Made by a program: the position numbers and the translations under genes. This document shows, in pieces, positions 33,033 through 44,559 of a stretch of 64,000 bases of DNA. Each line of letters begins with the position of its first letter. Positions within the stretch are counted from its first letter, which is position 1. The notes under the pieces were generated by a model. The model had not been told where the DNA came from. It searched no databases and saw only the letters and a program-made list of their open reading frames with translations. The DNA is taken from the NCBI GenBank assembly GCA_045862915.1, contig BTVE01000009.1, positions 20,670-84,669 of the forward strand, read 5' to 3'. Source of the stretch: Acidimicrobiia bacterium (GTDB taxonomy: Bacteria > Acidobacteriota > Vicinamibacteria > Vicinamibacterales > SCN-69-37).

Positions 33033-34855
33033 CGCGCGGCTCCTGGAATGCGGTAGTACGCGCAGACGCCGTCGTCGACGACCAGCGGCAGTTGCAGCGG
33101 CAGCGTGTTGTTGGCGATGACGTCAACGAAGCCGTACTTCGCGGCAAGGGCCACCCACTGTGCCGTGGTGCGATCAGGCCATCGGATGGCCAGTTCACTG
33201 CGCATCCCTGTGGGAATGGGCTGATGGTAGATCTCGTCGAGCATTTGGGCGGCGCGTGGCAACACCGCGGGCGTGAACGGCAGGATGTTGATGTCCATCA
33301 CCTCGAACAGGAATGGTCGCCGCGTGCGCGCCTGTATCCACTCGGCCGCCCACAGCCGTGGAGCCAGCAGCAGTGTCCCCTCGAACCGGCTGGCCTCGGC
33401 AAGTGCGACATGGCAGGCACCGGTTCCGCCGGCACCGTACCATCGGCTGCGCTGGAACGGCAGCGCACACATCACGAGAACCGCCACCGTTGCCAGCCAG
33501 CCCCACCAGCGAGGCACCCGGCGGGTGGGCCGGCCCACGGCGCGGCTCTGCATGAAGGCGACTGCAAGCACGAGGCCCAGGGGGCCGACACCAGAAAGAA
33601 AGTACAGCGCGGTCTTCAGTGGTGTCGCCGGGGTGGCGAGATACGCCGCGCCAAACCCTGACCAGAACGTGATGCCCTGCACGAGTGCCATCTGCACCGC
33701 GATGAGTGTGCCTGCCAAGAGCAGTGCGGCAAACCGGTGCCCACCGACCAGCGCCAGGTGAGCCAATCGCGCTCCGGTCACCACGATGAAAAACCAGGAC
33801 GCCACATTCATCCATCGCGGGATCAGAGCCGTGCGCATCTGCCAGGGGACAACCGTCGGCGCGTACGCGAGCGTGACCGTAAACGCGGCGCTGATGACCG
33901 TCATCGTCAGCACGACCGCCGCCACGGCTCGTACGCCGGGTGGCAGCAGCGAGCGCCAGCGCGTCAGCAGCAGAGTTCCCAGCAGCAGCGTGTGAAACGC
34001 CGGCTCGAGCAACAGGTGCAGCCGCCTCGTCGCAGGAATGACGGTGTGATCGTTCCAGCGTTCAACGATCTGCCGCGCGAACGTTTGCGCTGCGGCGAGA
34101 TCGACCACCGGCGAGGAGGGCAGATACAGGAAATACGCGGCCAGCGACACGACACCAACGCCGAGGCCGATCGCCGCCATCCGCGCCACACCGGGCCACG
34201 CGTCGCCGACACGCGCACGGCCCAGCCAGGCGACCGGCAGCAGGGCTGCGTACAACGGCAGCGCGAGGCCAGGGTGGATGAACGGCAGGAGCGCTGCGGG
34301 AAGGGCCGCCGCCTTCCAGCGCTCGAGTCCAATCAAGCCAAGGATCAGAATGCAGAGGTACAAACCGACGGCGCCAAACACCCCGGGCGCGGCCGGAAAG
34401 GTGTTCGGATACAGGTGCCCGTGAAACACGTCGACGTACATGCCGATCCATCGAGGCTGGTGCATCGACAACTTCACGATGAGTGCCAGGGTGATAACAG
34501 CTGACAGCCAATGTCGCGAAATGGCCAGCGCGAGTGTCGTCAACGCTGCGCACGCGAGTGCGCCCTGCAGTCCGGAGAAGATGAGCGAGACATACCATTC
34601 CCGGATGCCCATCCACAGCAGCAGCGCGGCGAGCTGCGTGACAAGCGAATGCGGGCGGAGGTAGGTCAGCGGGACGAGACTGTCGGCCGGGTACTCGACA
34701 ACGCCGGCGATGATCTGCGCCGGTATGAGGTTGTCGGTCCAGACAGGCTTGACCAGCACACCCAGCGCCGCTCCGAGCAGCGCGGCGACACCGATCACCC
34801 AGGCGGTCGGTAATCGGTCGGCGTGCATGCGCCATTCTGTCATATCGAGTTTCAT
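33029..34855 (-). CDS. Large polytopic membrane protein, unknown function
   Basis: 608 aa, many TM segments plus a ~130-aa C-terminal soluble part. ATGA overlap with the downstream GT-C-like gene. Alternative starts at 34843 or further in. Confidence 0.55.
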   Translation of the reverse strand: MKLDMTEWRMHADRLPTAWVIGVAALLGAALGVLVKPVWTDNLIPAQIIAGVVEYPADSLVPLTYLRPHSLVTQLAALLLWMGIREWYVSLIFSGLQGALACAALTTLALAISRHWLSAVITLALIVKLSMHQPRWIGMYVDVFHGHLYPNTFPAAPGVFGAVGLYLCILILGLIGLERWKAAALPAALLPFIHPGLALPLYAALLPVAWLGRARVGDAWPGVARMAAIGLGVGVVSLAAYFLYLPSSPVVDLAAAQTFARQIVERWNDHTVIPATRRLHLLLEPAFHTLLLGTLLLTRWRSLLPPGVRAVAAVVLTMTVISAAFTVTLAYAPTVVPWQMRTALIPRWMNVASWFFIVVTGARLAHLALVGGHRFAALLLAGTLIAVQMALVQGITFWSGFGAAYLATPATPLKTALYFLSGVGPLGLVLAVAFMQSRAVGRPTRRVPRWWGWLATVAVLVMCALPFQRSRWYGAGGTGACHVALAEASRFEGTLLLAPRLWAAEWIQARTRRPFLFEVMDINILPFTPAVLPRAAQMLDEIYHQPIPTGMRSELAIRWPDRTTAQWVALAAKYGFVDVIANNTLPLQLPLVVDDGVCAYYRIPGAAR

Positions 34856-34860
34856 ATAAT
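34855..34860 (+). promoter_or_regulatory. Perfect TATAAT box 11 nt upstream of the ATG at 34872
   Basis: The sequence catTATAATcagtcgcaccgATG lies in a 16-nt divergent gap, and the box overlaps the start codon of the minus-strand gene. I found no good -35. Confidence 0.3.
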
Positions 34861-34871
34861 CAGTCGCACCG

Positions 34872-36686
34872 ATGAGTGCTGACGAGCGCGAGCGCTATCG
34901 CCTGTGGCCGTCGGTGCTGCTGCTGGCGTGCGCCACGCTCGTCGTGTGCGCGCCGTTGCTGACGCGCTGGGACGCCTACGGCTGGCAGGACTGGGACCAG
35001 TTCACCACAAGGCATGAGGTCGCGCGGCTCGCGGTCATGACCTTCCGCGACTGGCCCGTCTGGAATCCCTACGCCGAGGGAGGCACGGTGCTGCTGGCGC
35101 ATCCCCACTCGCCGGTGCTGGCTCCGTGGTTCGCTCTGACACTCCTGCTCGGGTCTCAGATAGCCGTACGTGTGCTCGTCGTCGCGGCCATGTGGCTTGG
35201 CGCAGTGGGAATGGCGGTCTGGTTGCGCGACCACCGCGCAACACGTGCGGCAGGTGTGCTGGCCGGCATCCTCCTGATGATGTCGACCCATTACGTGCTG
35301 CACGTCACCGAAGGACACCTGGAGTGGACGGCGCTGGGCGTGATGCCGTGGGTGGCGGTGTGGCTGGAGCGCGCGGCTGCCGGACGCAGGCGGGCCGGCG
35401 TCATCGCAGCGCTACTGCTCGCCTCGGTGCTGATCTCTGGAAACGTCTACATCCCGGCCCTGTTTGCCATCGTCCTGACGACCTGGTCGATGTTGGAAGC
35501 GGTGCGTGCACGTACCCTCAGGCCGGTGGTGGTCTGGGGGGCCGCGGCCGCGCTGGCGGTGGGCCTTGCTGCCGCAAAGTTGATCCCGACGGCGATGTTC
35601 GTCCGCGAGTACCCGCGGGAACAGACGCTGGTCAGTCACACGTCGCTGAACACGCTGCGTGCAGCCCTGTTCCACCCGAAGCCTGCGGCGATCTACCACT
35701 ACTACCGTGACGAAGCCGCGGTCGGGCAGGATCCTCCGCCTCCCGCTCCAGCCGACCTGTTCGAGATGACGGTGGGCTTCCATGAAGCCGGCGCGTACCT
35801 CTCTGCGGTTGGTATTGCGCTTGTATGCGTTGGCGCGCTTGGCGCATGGCGTCGTCACTGGCCGCTGCTGATGACCGGCGCTGTCGCGGGTGTGTTCGTG
35901 CTGGGCTGGACCTCGCCGATTGATCTGTGGGCCGAGCTGCACAAGCTGCCGTTTTATCGCCAGTTGCAACTGCCGTCACGCATGCTCGCCGGAGTCATCT
36001 TCGTCGCAGCCTTTTTCGGCGGGCTCGGACTGGACCTCGTCGTCCACTGGCTGCGCGGCCGGACCCACAGGGCGGTGCTGGTCGGCTGGCTGCTGATCGC
36101 CCTCAGTTATGGCGAGTTGGCGATACAGGCGCATCTCGTCTTCCGCGACGTCTTCCGCCTGTCGCCGATCGTCCTGCCGGTCAGTCCCACGTTTGTGCAA
36201 CACGAGCCGCCGCCACAGGCTGCCGAGCGGGTGCCGCATCAGATGCACAGCCTGCTGTTGCCGCGGGTGCGCGCCAATTGGGGTGCGCTCGACGGATACG
36301 AAAACCTGGCCGTCGAGCAGGGCGACGTCATGGTCGTTGGTGAGCTCGGCTACCGCGGCGAGGTGTTCCTCACAGGGACTGACGGGACCGTGACGCTCTC
36401 GCACTGGTCGATGCGCGCGCTCACCATCGAGGTCGTCGCCTCATCACCCGGCGTGTTGACCGTCAATCAGAATTTCGATCGCGGGTGGTCCGTCGAGGTG
36501 ACGCCGGAGGCCGGCGCGACATCCCCCCAGCCGGCGGTGGAAGCGACGGGCCGTTTGCTTGCCGCGCCCGTCCCTCAGGGCCGTTCGCGTGTGACGTTCA
36601 CCTACTGGCCGCGTGGCCTGGCCGCCGGCCTCTGGCTCTCGGCGCTCAGCCTGCTGGCGGCCGCCGTCTGGTGGCGAAGGCCATGA
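34872..36686 (+). CDS. Large polytopic membrane protein, unknown function (possible glycosyltransferase/polymerase-type)
   Basis: 604 aa. The N-terminal ~430 aa have many TM helices. The C-terminal ~170 aa are soluble, followed by a final TM (GLWLSALSLLAAAVWW). Confidence 0.55.
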   Translation: MSADERERYRLWPSVLLLACATLVVCAPLLTRWDAYGWQDWDQFTTRHEVARLAVMTFRDWPVWNPYAEGGTVLLAHPHSPVLAPWFALTLLLGSQIAVRVLVVAAMWLGAVGMAVWLRDHRATRAAGVLAGILLMMSTHYVLHVTEGHLEWTALGVMPWVAVWLERAAAGRRRAGVIAALLLASVLISGNVYIPALFAIVLTTWSMLEAVRARTLRPVVVWGAAAALAVGLAAAKLIPTAMFVREYPREQTLVSHTSLNTLRAALFHPKPAAIYHYYRDEAAVGQDPPPPAPADLFEMTVGFHEAGAYLSAVGIALVCVGALGAWRRHWPLLMTGAVAGVFVLGWTSPIDLWAELHKLPFYRQLQLPSRMLAGVIFVAAFFGGLGLDLVVHWLRGRTHRAVLVGWLLIALSYGELAIQAHLVFRDVFRLSPIVLPVSPTFVQHEPPPQAAERVPHQMHSLLLPRVRANWGALDGYENLAVEQGDVMVVGELGYRGEVFLTGTDGTVTLSHWSMRALTIEVVASSPGVLTVNQNFDRGWSVEVTPEAGATSPQPAVEATGRLLAAPVPQGRSRVTFTYWPRGLAAGLWLSALSLLAAAVWWRRP

Positions 36687-37411
36687 CGACGGTGGACGTT
36701 GTGGTGCCGGTGCGCGACGAAGCGCATGTGCTGGAAGGATCGATCGCGCGACTGCGCGACTTCCTGGCGGCACACGCGGGCTACGACTGGACGATCACGA
36801 TCGCGGAAAACGGCTCCACCGATCGGACGCGCGAGATCGCCGGACACCTGTGTGCGGCTGACCCGCGGCTGCGATTCCTCGCGCTTGACCTGCCCGGACG
36901 TGGTCGCGCGCTCCGGCAGGCCTGGACGACCTCCGTCGCCGACGTGGTGTGTTACGTGGACGTTGATCACTCCACCGAACTGGCAGACCTGCCGAAGCTG
37001 ATCGATCCGGTCGCGACAGATGTGTGTGATCTGGCCGTGGCCTCTCGCAGGCTGCCCGGATCCCGTGTGCGACGCTCGTGGCGACGGCAGGTGATCTCCG
37101 ACACGTACAACACGTTGCTGCGTGTCGCGCTCTCGGTGTCATTCTCGGATGCACAAACCGGCTGCAAGGCGCTGAGCCGCCGCGTCGTCACCGAACTGCT
37201 CCCCGACGTGGTTGACCAGTCGTGGTTTCTCGACACAGAACTGCTCGTGCTGGCCGAACGCCGCGGCTACCGCATTCTCGATGTCCCGGTGTCGTGGACC
37301 GAGGATGACGACAGCCGAGTGCGGATCATCCCGACCGCGATTGAAGACATGAAGGGCGTGTTCCGGCTCTGGCGCACGCACGGTCGCCGACCACGAGGAG
37401 CGCGCGCGTGA
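36683..37411 (+). CDS. GT2-family glycosyltransferase, polyprenyl-phosphate sugar synthase (Ppm1/GtrB-like)
   Basis: The ATG at 36683 overlaps the upstream stop (ATGA). VDVVVPVRDE...ITIAENGSTDRT...VCYVDVDHST...TGCKAL is a GT-A fold with a DxD-type VDVD. Confidence 0.75.
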   Translation: MTTVDVVVPVRDEAHVLEGSIARLRDFLAAHAGYDWTITIAENGSTDRTREIAGHLCAADPRLRFLALDLPGRGRALRQAWTTSVADVVCYVDVDHSTELADLPKLIDPVATDVCDLAVASRRLPGSRVRRSWRRQVISDTYNTLLRVALSVSFSDAQTGCKALSRRVVTELLPDVVDQSWFLDTELLVLAERRGYRILDVPVSWTEDDDSRVRIIPTAIEDMKGVFRLWRTHGRRPRGARA

Positions 37412-38775
37412 AGGTCGCGCTCGTCAACCCCGGACAGACGACCGTGGTGAGTCGCCGTGGTCGCATCTACAACCGCGTGTGGCCGCCGCTGGATCTGGCG
37501 ACCACTGCCGGCGGCCTGCTGAGCGACGGAGTGGATGTGTCGATCGTCGACGCAAACGCCGAAAACCTCACCCCCGCCGAGGTCGCCGATCGTGTGCGCG
37601 GCGCCGACATGGTCTTCGTCACATCGTCGAGCCTCGATCGCTGGCAGTGTCCAGTCCTCGACCTCCGTCCGTTCCACGAAACCGTCGCGGCACTGCGTGC
37701 CCAGACACCGCAGCTCATCGTCCTTGGCAGCCACGGCACCGTGCGGCCGGCCGAGGTGCTTGCGCTCACGCAGGCGAACGCCGTTGTCCGCGGTGAGCCC
37801 GAAGCGACCGTCCGTGCAATTGTGCGGAAGGGGCGTGCAGACGATGTGCCTGGTGTGACGTGTCGCGACGCCGATGGCCGAAGTGTGCATCACGCCGATC
37901 CACCCCCGATGCCGCTGGCGCAACTGCCGGCGCCCGCGTGGCACCTGCTCCCGATGGACCGGTACCACTACGAGGTGCTGGGCGGGAACTTCACGCTCTT
38001 TGAAATGAGCCGCGGCTGCGCTTCGTCATGCACCTTCTGTCTGTTGAAGACATACGGCGAAGGCGTGCGCCGCAAGCCACTCGATGCCTTGTTGCGCGAG
38101 ATTCACACCGCGGTGACCGAGCACGGTGTACGGACCGCCTATTTCATTGACCTCGAGTTCACCGTGCTGCGCAAACAGGTGCTTGAACTCTGCGCGGCCC
38201 TTGAAGCTGCGAAGTATCCGCTCACCTGGTGCTGCCAGACGCGGCTCGATCTGGTAGACGATGAGCTGCTGGCGGCGATGGGTCGAGCCGGATGCCGCTT
38301 GATTCATGTCGGTGTGGAGGCGGGCAGCGATCGCGTGCTGGCATCCACCAACAAGGACCTGACACTGGCACAGGTGAGGGAAGGGCTCGCGAAGATTCAC
38401 GCTGCGGGGATCGACACCGCGTGTTTTTTTCTGCTGGGGCTGCCCGGTGCCACACGCCAGGATGCGGATGACTTGTTGCGGCTGGCGATCGAACTCGGAC
38501 CGACGTATCCCTTGTTCCACGTCGCCGCGCCGTATCCCGGGACGGCCATGTACGACGCCGTGCACGACACGCCGGGAGCCGCGTTCAGCGACGAGTCGCT
38601 GTTTCCCGAAGCGGTCGTGGGGCCGTTGACGTTGCAGGAACTCAAGGGCCTGACGCGTCGCGCGTACCTGCGGTATTACGCGAGGCCCGCGTATGTCGCG
38701 GCGAGGATCCGGCGAGGGCAGTGGGGGCTGTTGTGGCGGCAGGCCCGGCTGTTTGCCGGACTGGTCCGCAGCTGA
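37408..38775 (+). CDS. B12-binding-domain radical SAM enzyme
   Basis: GTGA overlap with the GT2 gene. N-terminal cobalamin-binding Rossmann part (KVALVNPG...VDVSIVDANAENL...MVFVTSSS). Radical SAM cluster FEMSRGCASSCTFCLL (CxxxCxxC). Confidence 0.8.
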   Translation: MKVALVNPGQTTVVSRRGRIYNRVWPPLDLATTAGGLLSDGVDVSIVDANAENLTPAEVADRVRGADMVFVTSSSLDRWQCPVLDLRPFHETVAALRAQTPQLIVLGSHGTVRPAEVLALTQANAVVRGEPEATVRAIVRKGRADDVPGVTCRDADGRSVHHADPPPMPLAQLPAPAWHLLPMDRYHYEVLGGNFTLFEMSRGCASSCTFCLLKTYGEGVRRKPLDALLREIHTAVTEHGVRTAYFIDLEFTVLRKQVLELCAALEAAKYPLTWCCQTRLDLVDDELLAAMGRAGCRLIHVGVEAGSDRVLASTNKDLTLAQVREGLAKIHAAGIDTACFFLLGLPGATRQDADDLLRLAIELGPTYPLFHVAAPYPGTAMYDAVHDTPGAAFSDESLFPEAVVGPLTLQELKGLTRRAYLRYYARPAYVAARIRRGQWGLLWRQARLFAGLVRS

Positions 38776-38791
38776 GAAGATACGGGCATCC

Positions 38792-39961
38792 ATGTTGCCG
38801 TCCCGCCGGACCCTCGTCGGCATCCTGATTGGGTGCCTCGGCCTGCTGCTGGTAGGCGCCGGCTCGGCATGGCGCGGTGTCGTGGAGCCGCTGCCCGAGT
38901 CGCTCACCAACGAGCAGTTCTGGGCGCTGACCCAGAAGTTCTCGGAGCCAGACGGTTTTTTTCAGTCCGACAACCTGGTCTCCAACGAGCATTCGTATCA
39001 GTGGGTGGCGCCGGCGCTTGAGCAACAACGGCGACCGAATCTTGTGTACCTGGGCGTCGCGCCCGACCAGAACTTCACCTACATCCTCGCGCTCCAGCCG
39101 CGCATGGCATTCATCGTCGACATCCGGCGCGGCAACCTGGTGACGCACCTGATGTACAAGGCGATCTTTGAGTTGTCGGCCGACCGAGCCGACTTTCTGT
39201 CGCTGCTGTTTTCACGGCCGCGCCCCGAAAGCCTCAGGGCGGACGCGCCGGTGGGCCAGTTGCTGGATGCCTTCATGCGCGTGCCGGCTGATGAACTGCA
39301 GTTTCGCGACAACCTGCTCATCCTGCAGCACCATCTGACCAAGACCCGCGGGTTCCCGCTGACGGCCGAGGACCTCCGGGGGCTGGACAGCATCTACAGC
39401 AACTTCTATTTGTATGGGCCTCAGCTGGCGTACTCCTCCAGGGGCGGCTTCCGGTCGGCGCCGTTCGGGATGGGCGGGACTGGCCGAGGCGGACGGAACC
39501 GGTTTCCGAGCTGGCAGGAGATGGCCCGCGAAGCGGACGGCAGTGGGGTGCAGCGCGGGTACCTCGCGAGTGAGACGGCGTTCAAAGCCGTCAAGTCGTT
39601 CCAGGAAAAGAACTTGCTAGTGCCGGTCGTGGGTGACCATACCGGACCCAAGGCGCTGCGCGAAGTGGGCCGGTACATCCGTCAGCACGGGGCCGTGGTG
39701 GGCGCGTTCTACACGTCCAACGTCGAGCAATACCTGTTTCGCTACGGGACGTGGGAACGGTTTGCCGAGAACCTCGGGCATCTGCCCGTGGACGACCGAT
39801 CCGTCATCATCCGGTCCGTATCTCCACGCGATGGCTACCTCGGCGTGCCCCAGGGCCCTGACGGGCGGTCCAACGTGCTCGACCCCATCGGTCCTCTCGT
39901 TCGCGACGCGGCGGACGGAAAGATCCGGGGGTATTGGGACGTGACGGGGCGCAGCCGGTAG
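38792..39961 (+). CDS. Secreted protein of unknown function, paralogue 3 of 3
   Basis: The ATG at 38792 (MLPSRRTLVGILIGCLGLLLVGAGSA) lies after the radical SAM stop. Motifs: SDNLVSNE, YLGVAPDQNFTYI, FIVDIRRGNL, NLLVPVVGDH, YTSNVEQYLF. Confidence 0.7.
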   Translation: MLPSRRTLVGILIGCLGLLLVGAGSAWRGVVEPLPESLTNEQFWALTQKFSEPDGFFQSDNLVSNEHSYQWVAPALEQQRRPNLVYLGVAPDQNFTYILALQPRMAFIVDIRRGNLVTHLMYKAIFELSADRADFLSLLFSRPRPESLRADAPVGQLLDAFMRVPADELQFRDNLLILQHHLTKTRGFPLTAEDLRGLDSIYSNFYLYGPQLAYSSRGGFRSAPFGMGGTGRGGRNRFPSWQEMAREADGSGVQRGYLASETAFKAVKSFQEKNLLVPVVGDHTGPKALREVGRYIRQHGAVVGAFYTSNVEQYLFRYGTWERFAENLGHLPVDDRSVIIRSVSPRDGYLGVPQGPDGRSNVLDPIGPLVRDAADGKIRGYWDVTGRSR

Positions 39962-39964
39962 GTA

Positions 39965-40159
39965 TTGTCTATGGTGGTTACCGGCGAATACCATCGAGCC
40001 ATGCGCACGGTCGAGGTGGTTGCCGGTTTGCTGAGGGAGTGGGCTCGGCGGGGGTGGCTGAGTCCCCCCGTACATGTGCCTCTGCCGGCCGTTCGCAAGC
40101 CGGTGGCCCCGCTGGCCACGGTGCTGCTTGAACTCGACCTCGACCGCGACGACCGCTAG
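39965..40159 (+). CDS. Small hypothetical protein (64 aa)
   Basis: It starts (TTG 39965 or ATG 39971) 3 nt after the paralogue 3 stop. Third-position GC is about 80% by hand count, consistent with coding. No recognisable motif. Confidence 0.3.
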   Translation: MSMVVTGEYHRAMRTVEVVAGLLREWARRGWLSPPVHVPLPAVRKPVAPLATVLLELDLDRDDR

Positions 40160-40216
40160 TTTGGGCCGCCCGGGCCCTGGGCATCGAAGAATTTCGGCTC
40201 TGATTTCGTGACACGG

Positions 40217-40246
40217 TTGTTGTTTCCGTTCCGGCTGTGTTATGCT
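40217..40246 (+). promoter_or_regulatory. Candidate promoter of the rpsL super-operon
   Basis: TTGTTG, 18-nt spacer, TGtTATGCT (extended -10). It lies about 300 nt upstream of the rpsL ATG. Confidence 0.3.
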
Positions 40247-40547
40247 CGTCCGGTTCTTCGGGCACTAGGACACCCTATCTAGTGCTCGCTTCAGACGGCC
40301 CTGAACGAAATCGCCGTCTTGTAGTTACCGAGCGCCACGCTCGCCGCGCGACACGCGCGTGCCATAGCCGGCGCCACGCTGTTTGCCAGCAATAGGGGAA
40401 ATGTTTCAGGTGCCGAACCCGTGAGGGTTCCCAGGCCTGGAGCGAACACGACTCGCCGAACCGATGGCGCGCGCACTCGCGTCGTCGCTGGCCGGTGTGA
40501 TGTGTTGGGTTGTTTCAGGAAACGGACGAAGGTTCAAGGTTCACGGT

Positions 40548-40925
<378 letters not shown>

Positions 40926-40939
40926 GGGGAATCTGAGTC

Positions 40940-41413
40940 ATGCCGCGTAGACGAGAAATTCCAAAGCGTGAAGTTCCGGCGGATCCGATTTACGACAGTC
41001 CGCTGGTCACCAAGTTCATCCGCACGATCATGAAGGACGGCAAGCGGTCCACCGCGGAGCGCATCATGTACGGCGCGCTCGATATCGTGAAGGACAAGAC
41101 GGCCGACGATCCGCTCAAGACCTTCAAGAAGGCCGTCGACAACGTCAAGCCCGCGCTGGAAGTGAAGTCCCGCCGCGTGGGTGGTTCCAACTACCAGGTG
41201 CCGGTCGAGGTCAACCCGACCCGCCGCCTGTCCCTGTCGCTCCGCTGGCTCGCCGGCTACGCCACCGAACGTGGCGACGGCAAGACGATGCAGGAGAAGC
41301 TGGCCAACGAATTCATGGATGCCGCGAACCTGCGGGGTGGAGCCGTCAAGAAGCGCGAAGACGTGCACCGCATGGCCGAAGCCAACAAGGCGTTCGCGCA
41401 CTACCGCTTCTAA
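40940..41413 (+). CDS. rpsG: 30S ribosomal protein S7
   Basis: [20 protein letters not shown]...[11 protein letters not shown]. Confidence 0.97.
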   Translation: MPRRREIPKREVPADPIYDSPLVTKFIRTIMKDGKRSTAERIMYGALDIVKDKTADDPLKTFKKAVDNVKPALEVKSRRVGGSNYQVPVEVNPTRRLSLSLRWLAGYATERGDGKTMQEKLANEFMDAANLRGGAVKKREDVHRMAEANKAFAHYRF

Positions 41414-41434
41414 TCGGGCAGGACGTTAGCAGTC

Positions 41435-43543
<2,109 letters not shown>

Positions 43544-43546
43544 GAC

Positions 43547-43882
43547 ATGGCGAATCCATTCAGCGACAAGATCCGCATCCGCCTCAAGGCGTACGACTAC
43601 CGGGTGCTCGACCAGTCGACGACCGAAATCGTCGACACGGCGAAGCGCACGGGCGCCCGCCTGGCCGGCCCGGTGCCGTTGCCCACCGAGAAGAACAAGT
43701 GGACGGTGCTCCGTTCGCCCCACGTCGACAAGAAGTCGCGTGAGCAGTTCGAGATCCGCACGCATCGCCGGCTCATCGACATCTTCGAGCCGACGCCGCA
43801 GACGGTGGACGCCCTCATGAAGCTCGACCTGCCCGCGGGCGTGGACGTCGAGATCAAGGCGTTCGGGAAGGAACACAAGTAA
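43547..43882 (+). CDS. rpsJ: 30S ribosomal protein S10
   Basis: [16 protein letters not shown]...[15 protein letters not shown]. It starts 3 nt after the fusA stop. Confidence 0.97.
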   Translation: MANPFSDKIRIRLKAYDYRVLDQSTTEIVDTAKRTGARLAGPVPLPTEKNKWTVLRSPHVDKKSREQFEIRTHRRLIDIFEPTPQTVDALMKLDLPAGVDVEIKAFGKEHK

Positions 43883-44559
43883 TGGTCACCGGAATTCTCG
43901 GTCGCAAGCTGGGCATGACCCAGGTCTATCAGCCGGACGGCACCGCCGTTCCTGCGACGATCATCAAAGCCGGTCCGTGTGTCGTGGTGCAGGCCAAGAC
44001 GGCTGCCACCGACGGCTACGAGGCCGTGCAGCTCGGCCTGGTCGAAGAGGTCGGCAAGGCCAACAAGCCGACGATCGGCCACTTCAAGAAGGCCGGCGTG
44101 CCCCCGACCCACATCACGCGTGAAGTGAAGGTCAAGGCCGGCGGTGACGCGCCCAAGGCGGGGGATCCCGTCCTGGTCAACATCTTCAACGCGGGCGACC
44201 GCGTGGACGTCATCGCGAACGGTCGCGGCAAGGGCTTCCAGGGTGTCGTGAAGCGTCACGGCTTCGGCGGCGGCGCGGCGACCCACGGCTCGATGTTCCA
44301 TCGCGCGCCCGGCTCGATTGGCGCCTCGTCGTTCCCGTCGCGTGTCGTCAAGGGCATGCGTGCAGCCGGCCGCATGGGCGGCAAGCGCGTGACGACGCTC
44401 AACCTGAAGGTCGTGAGCATCGACGCCGAGCAGAACCTGCTGGTCCTGCATGGCGCGGTGCCGGGCGCTCCCAACGGGCTCGTGCTCGTGCGGCACGCGG
44501 TGGCCAAGAAGAAGGACCCGATTCCGCAGCCCGAGAAGCCGAAGAAGGGGAAGAAATAA
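43882..44559 (+). CDS. rplC: 50S ribosomal protein L3
   Basis: [13 protein letters not shown]...[18 protein letters not shown] overlap with rpsJ. Confidence 0.97.
   Translation: MVTGILGRKLGMTQVYQPDGTAVPATIIKAGPCVVVQAKTAATDGYEAVQLGLVEEVGKANKPTIGHFKKAGVPPTHITREVKVKAGGDAPKAGDPVLVNIFNAGDRVDVIANGRGKGFQGVVKRHGFGGGAATHGSMFHRAPGSIGASSFPSRVVKGMRAAGRMGGKRVTTLNLKVVSIDAEQNLLVLHGAVPGAPNGLVLVRHAVAKKKDPIPQPEKPKKGKK

Noticed and set aside
39965-40159. The 64-aa ORF as a fragment of a NUDIX or other known enzyme.
   Set aside because: The only resemblance is a vague VEVVAGLL-like start, and no NUDIX box is present. It is kept only as a low-confidence hypothetical CDS.
40291-40476. 61-aa minus-strand ORF, and the N-terminal extension of the rpsL track ORF (40464-40547), in the rpsL upstream region.
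   Set aside because: There are no motifs. The canonical S12 N-terminus MPTISQLV starts at 40548 with an upstream purine-rich site. This region is more likely non-coding leader.
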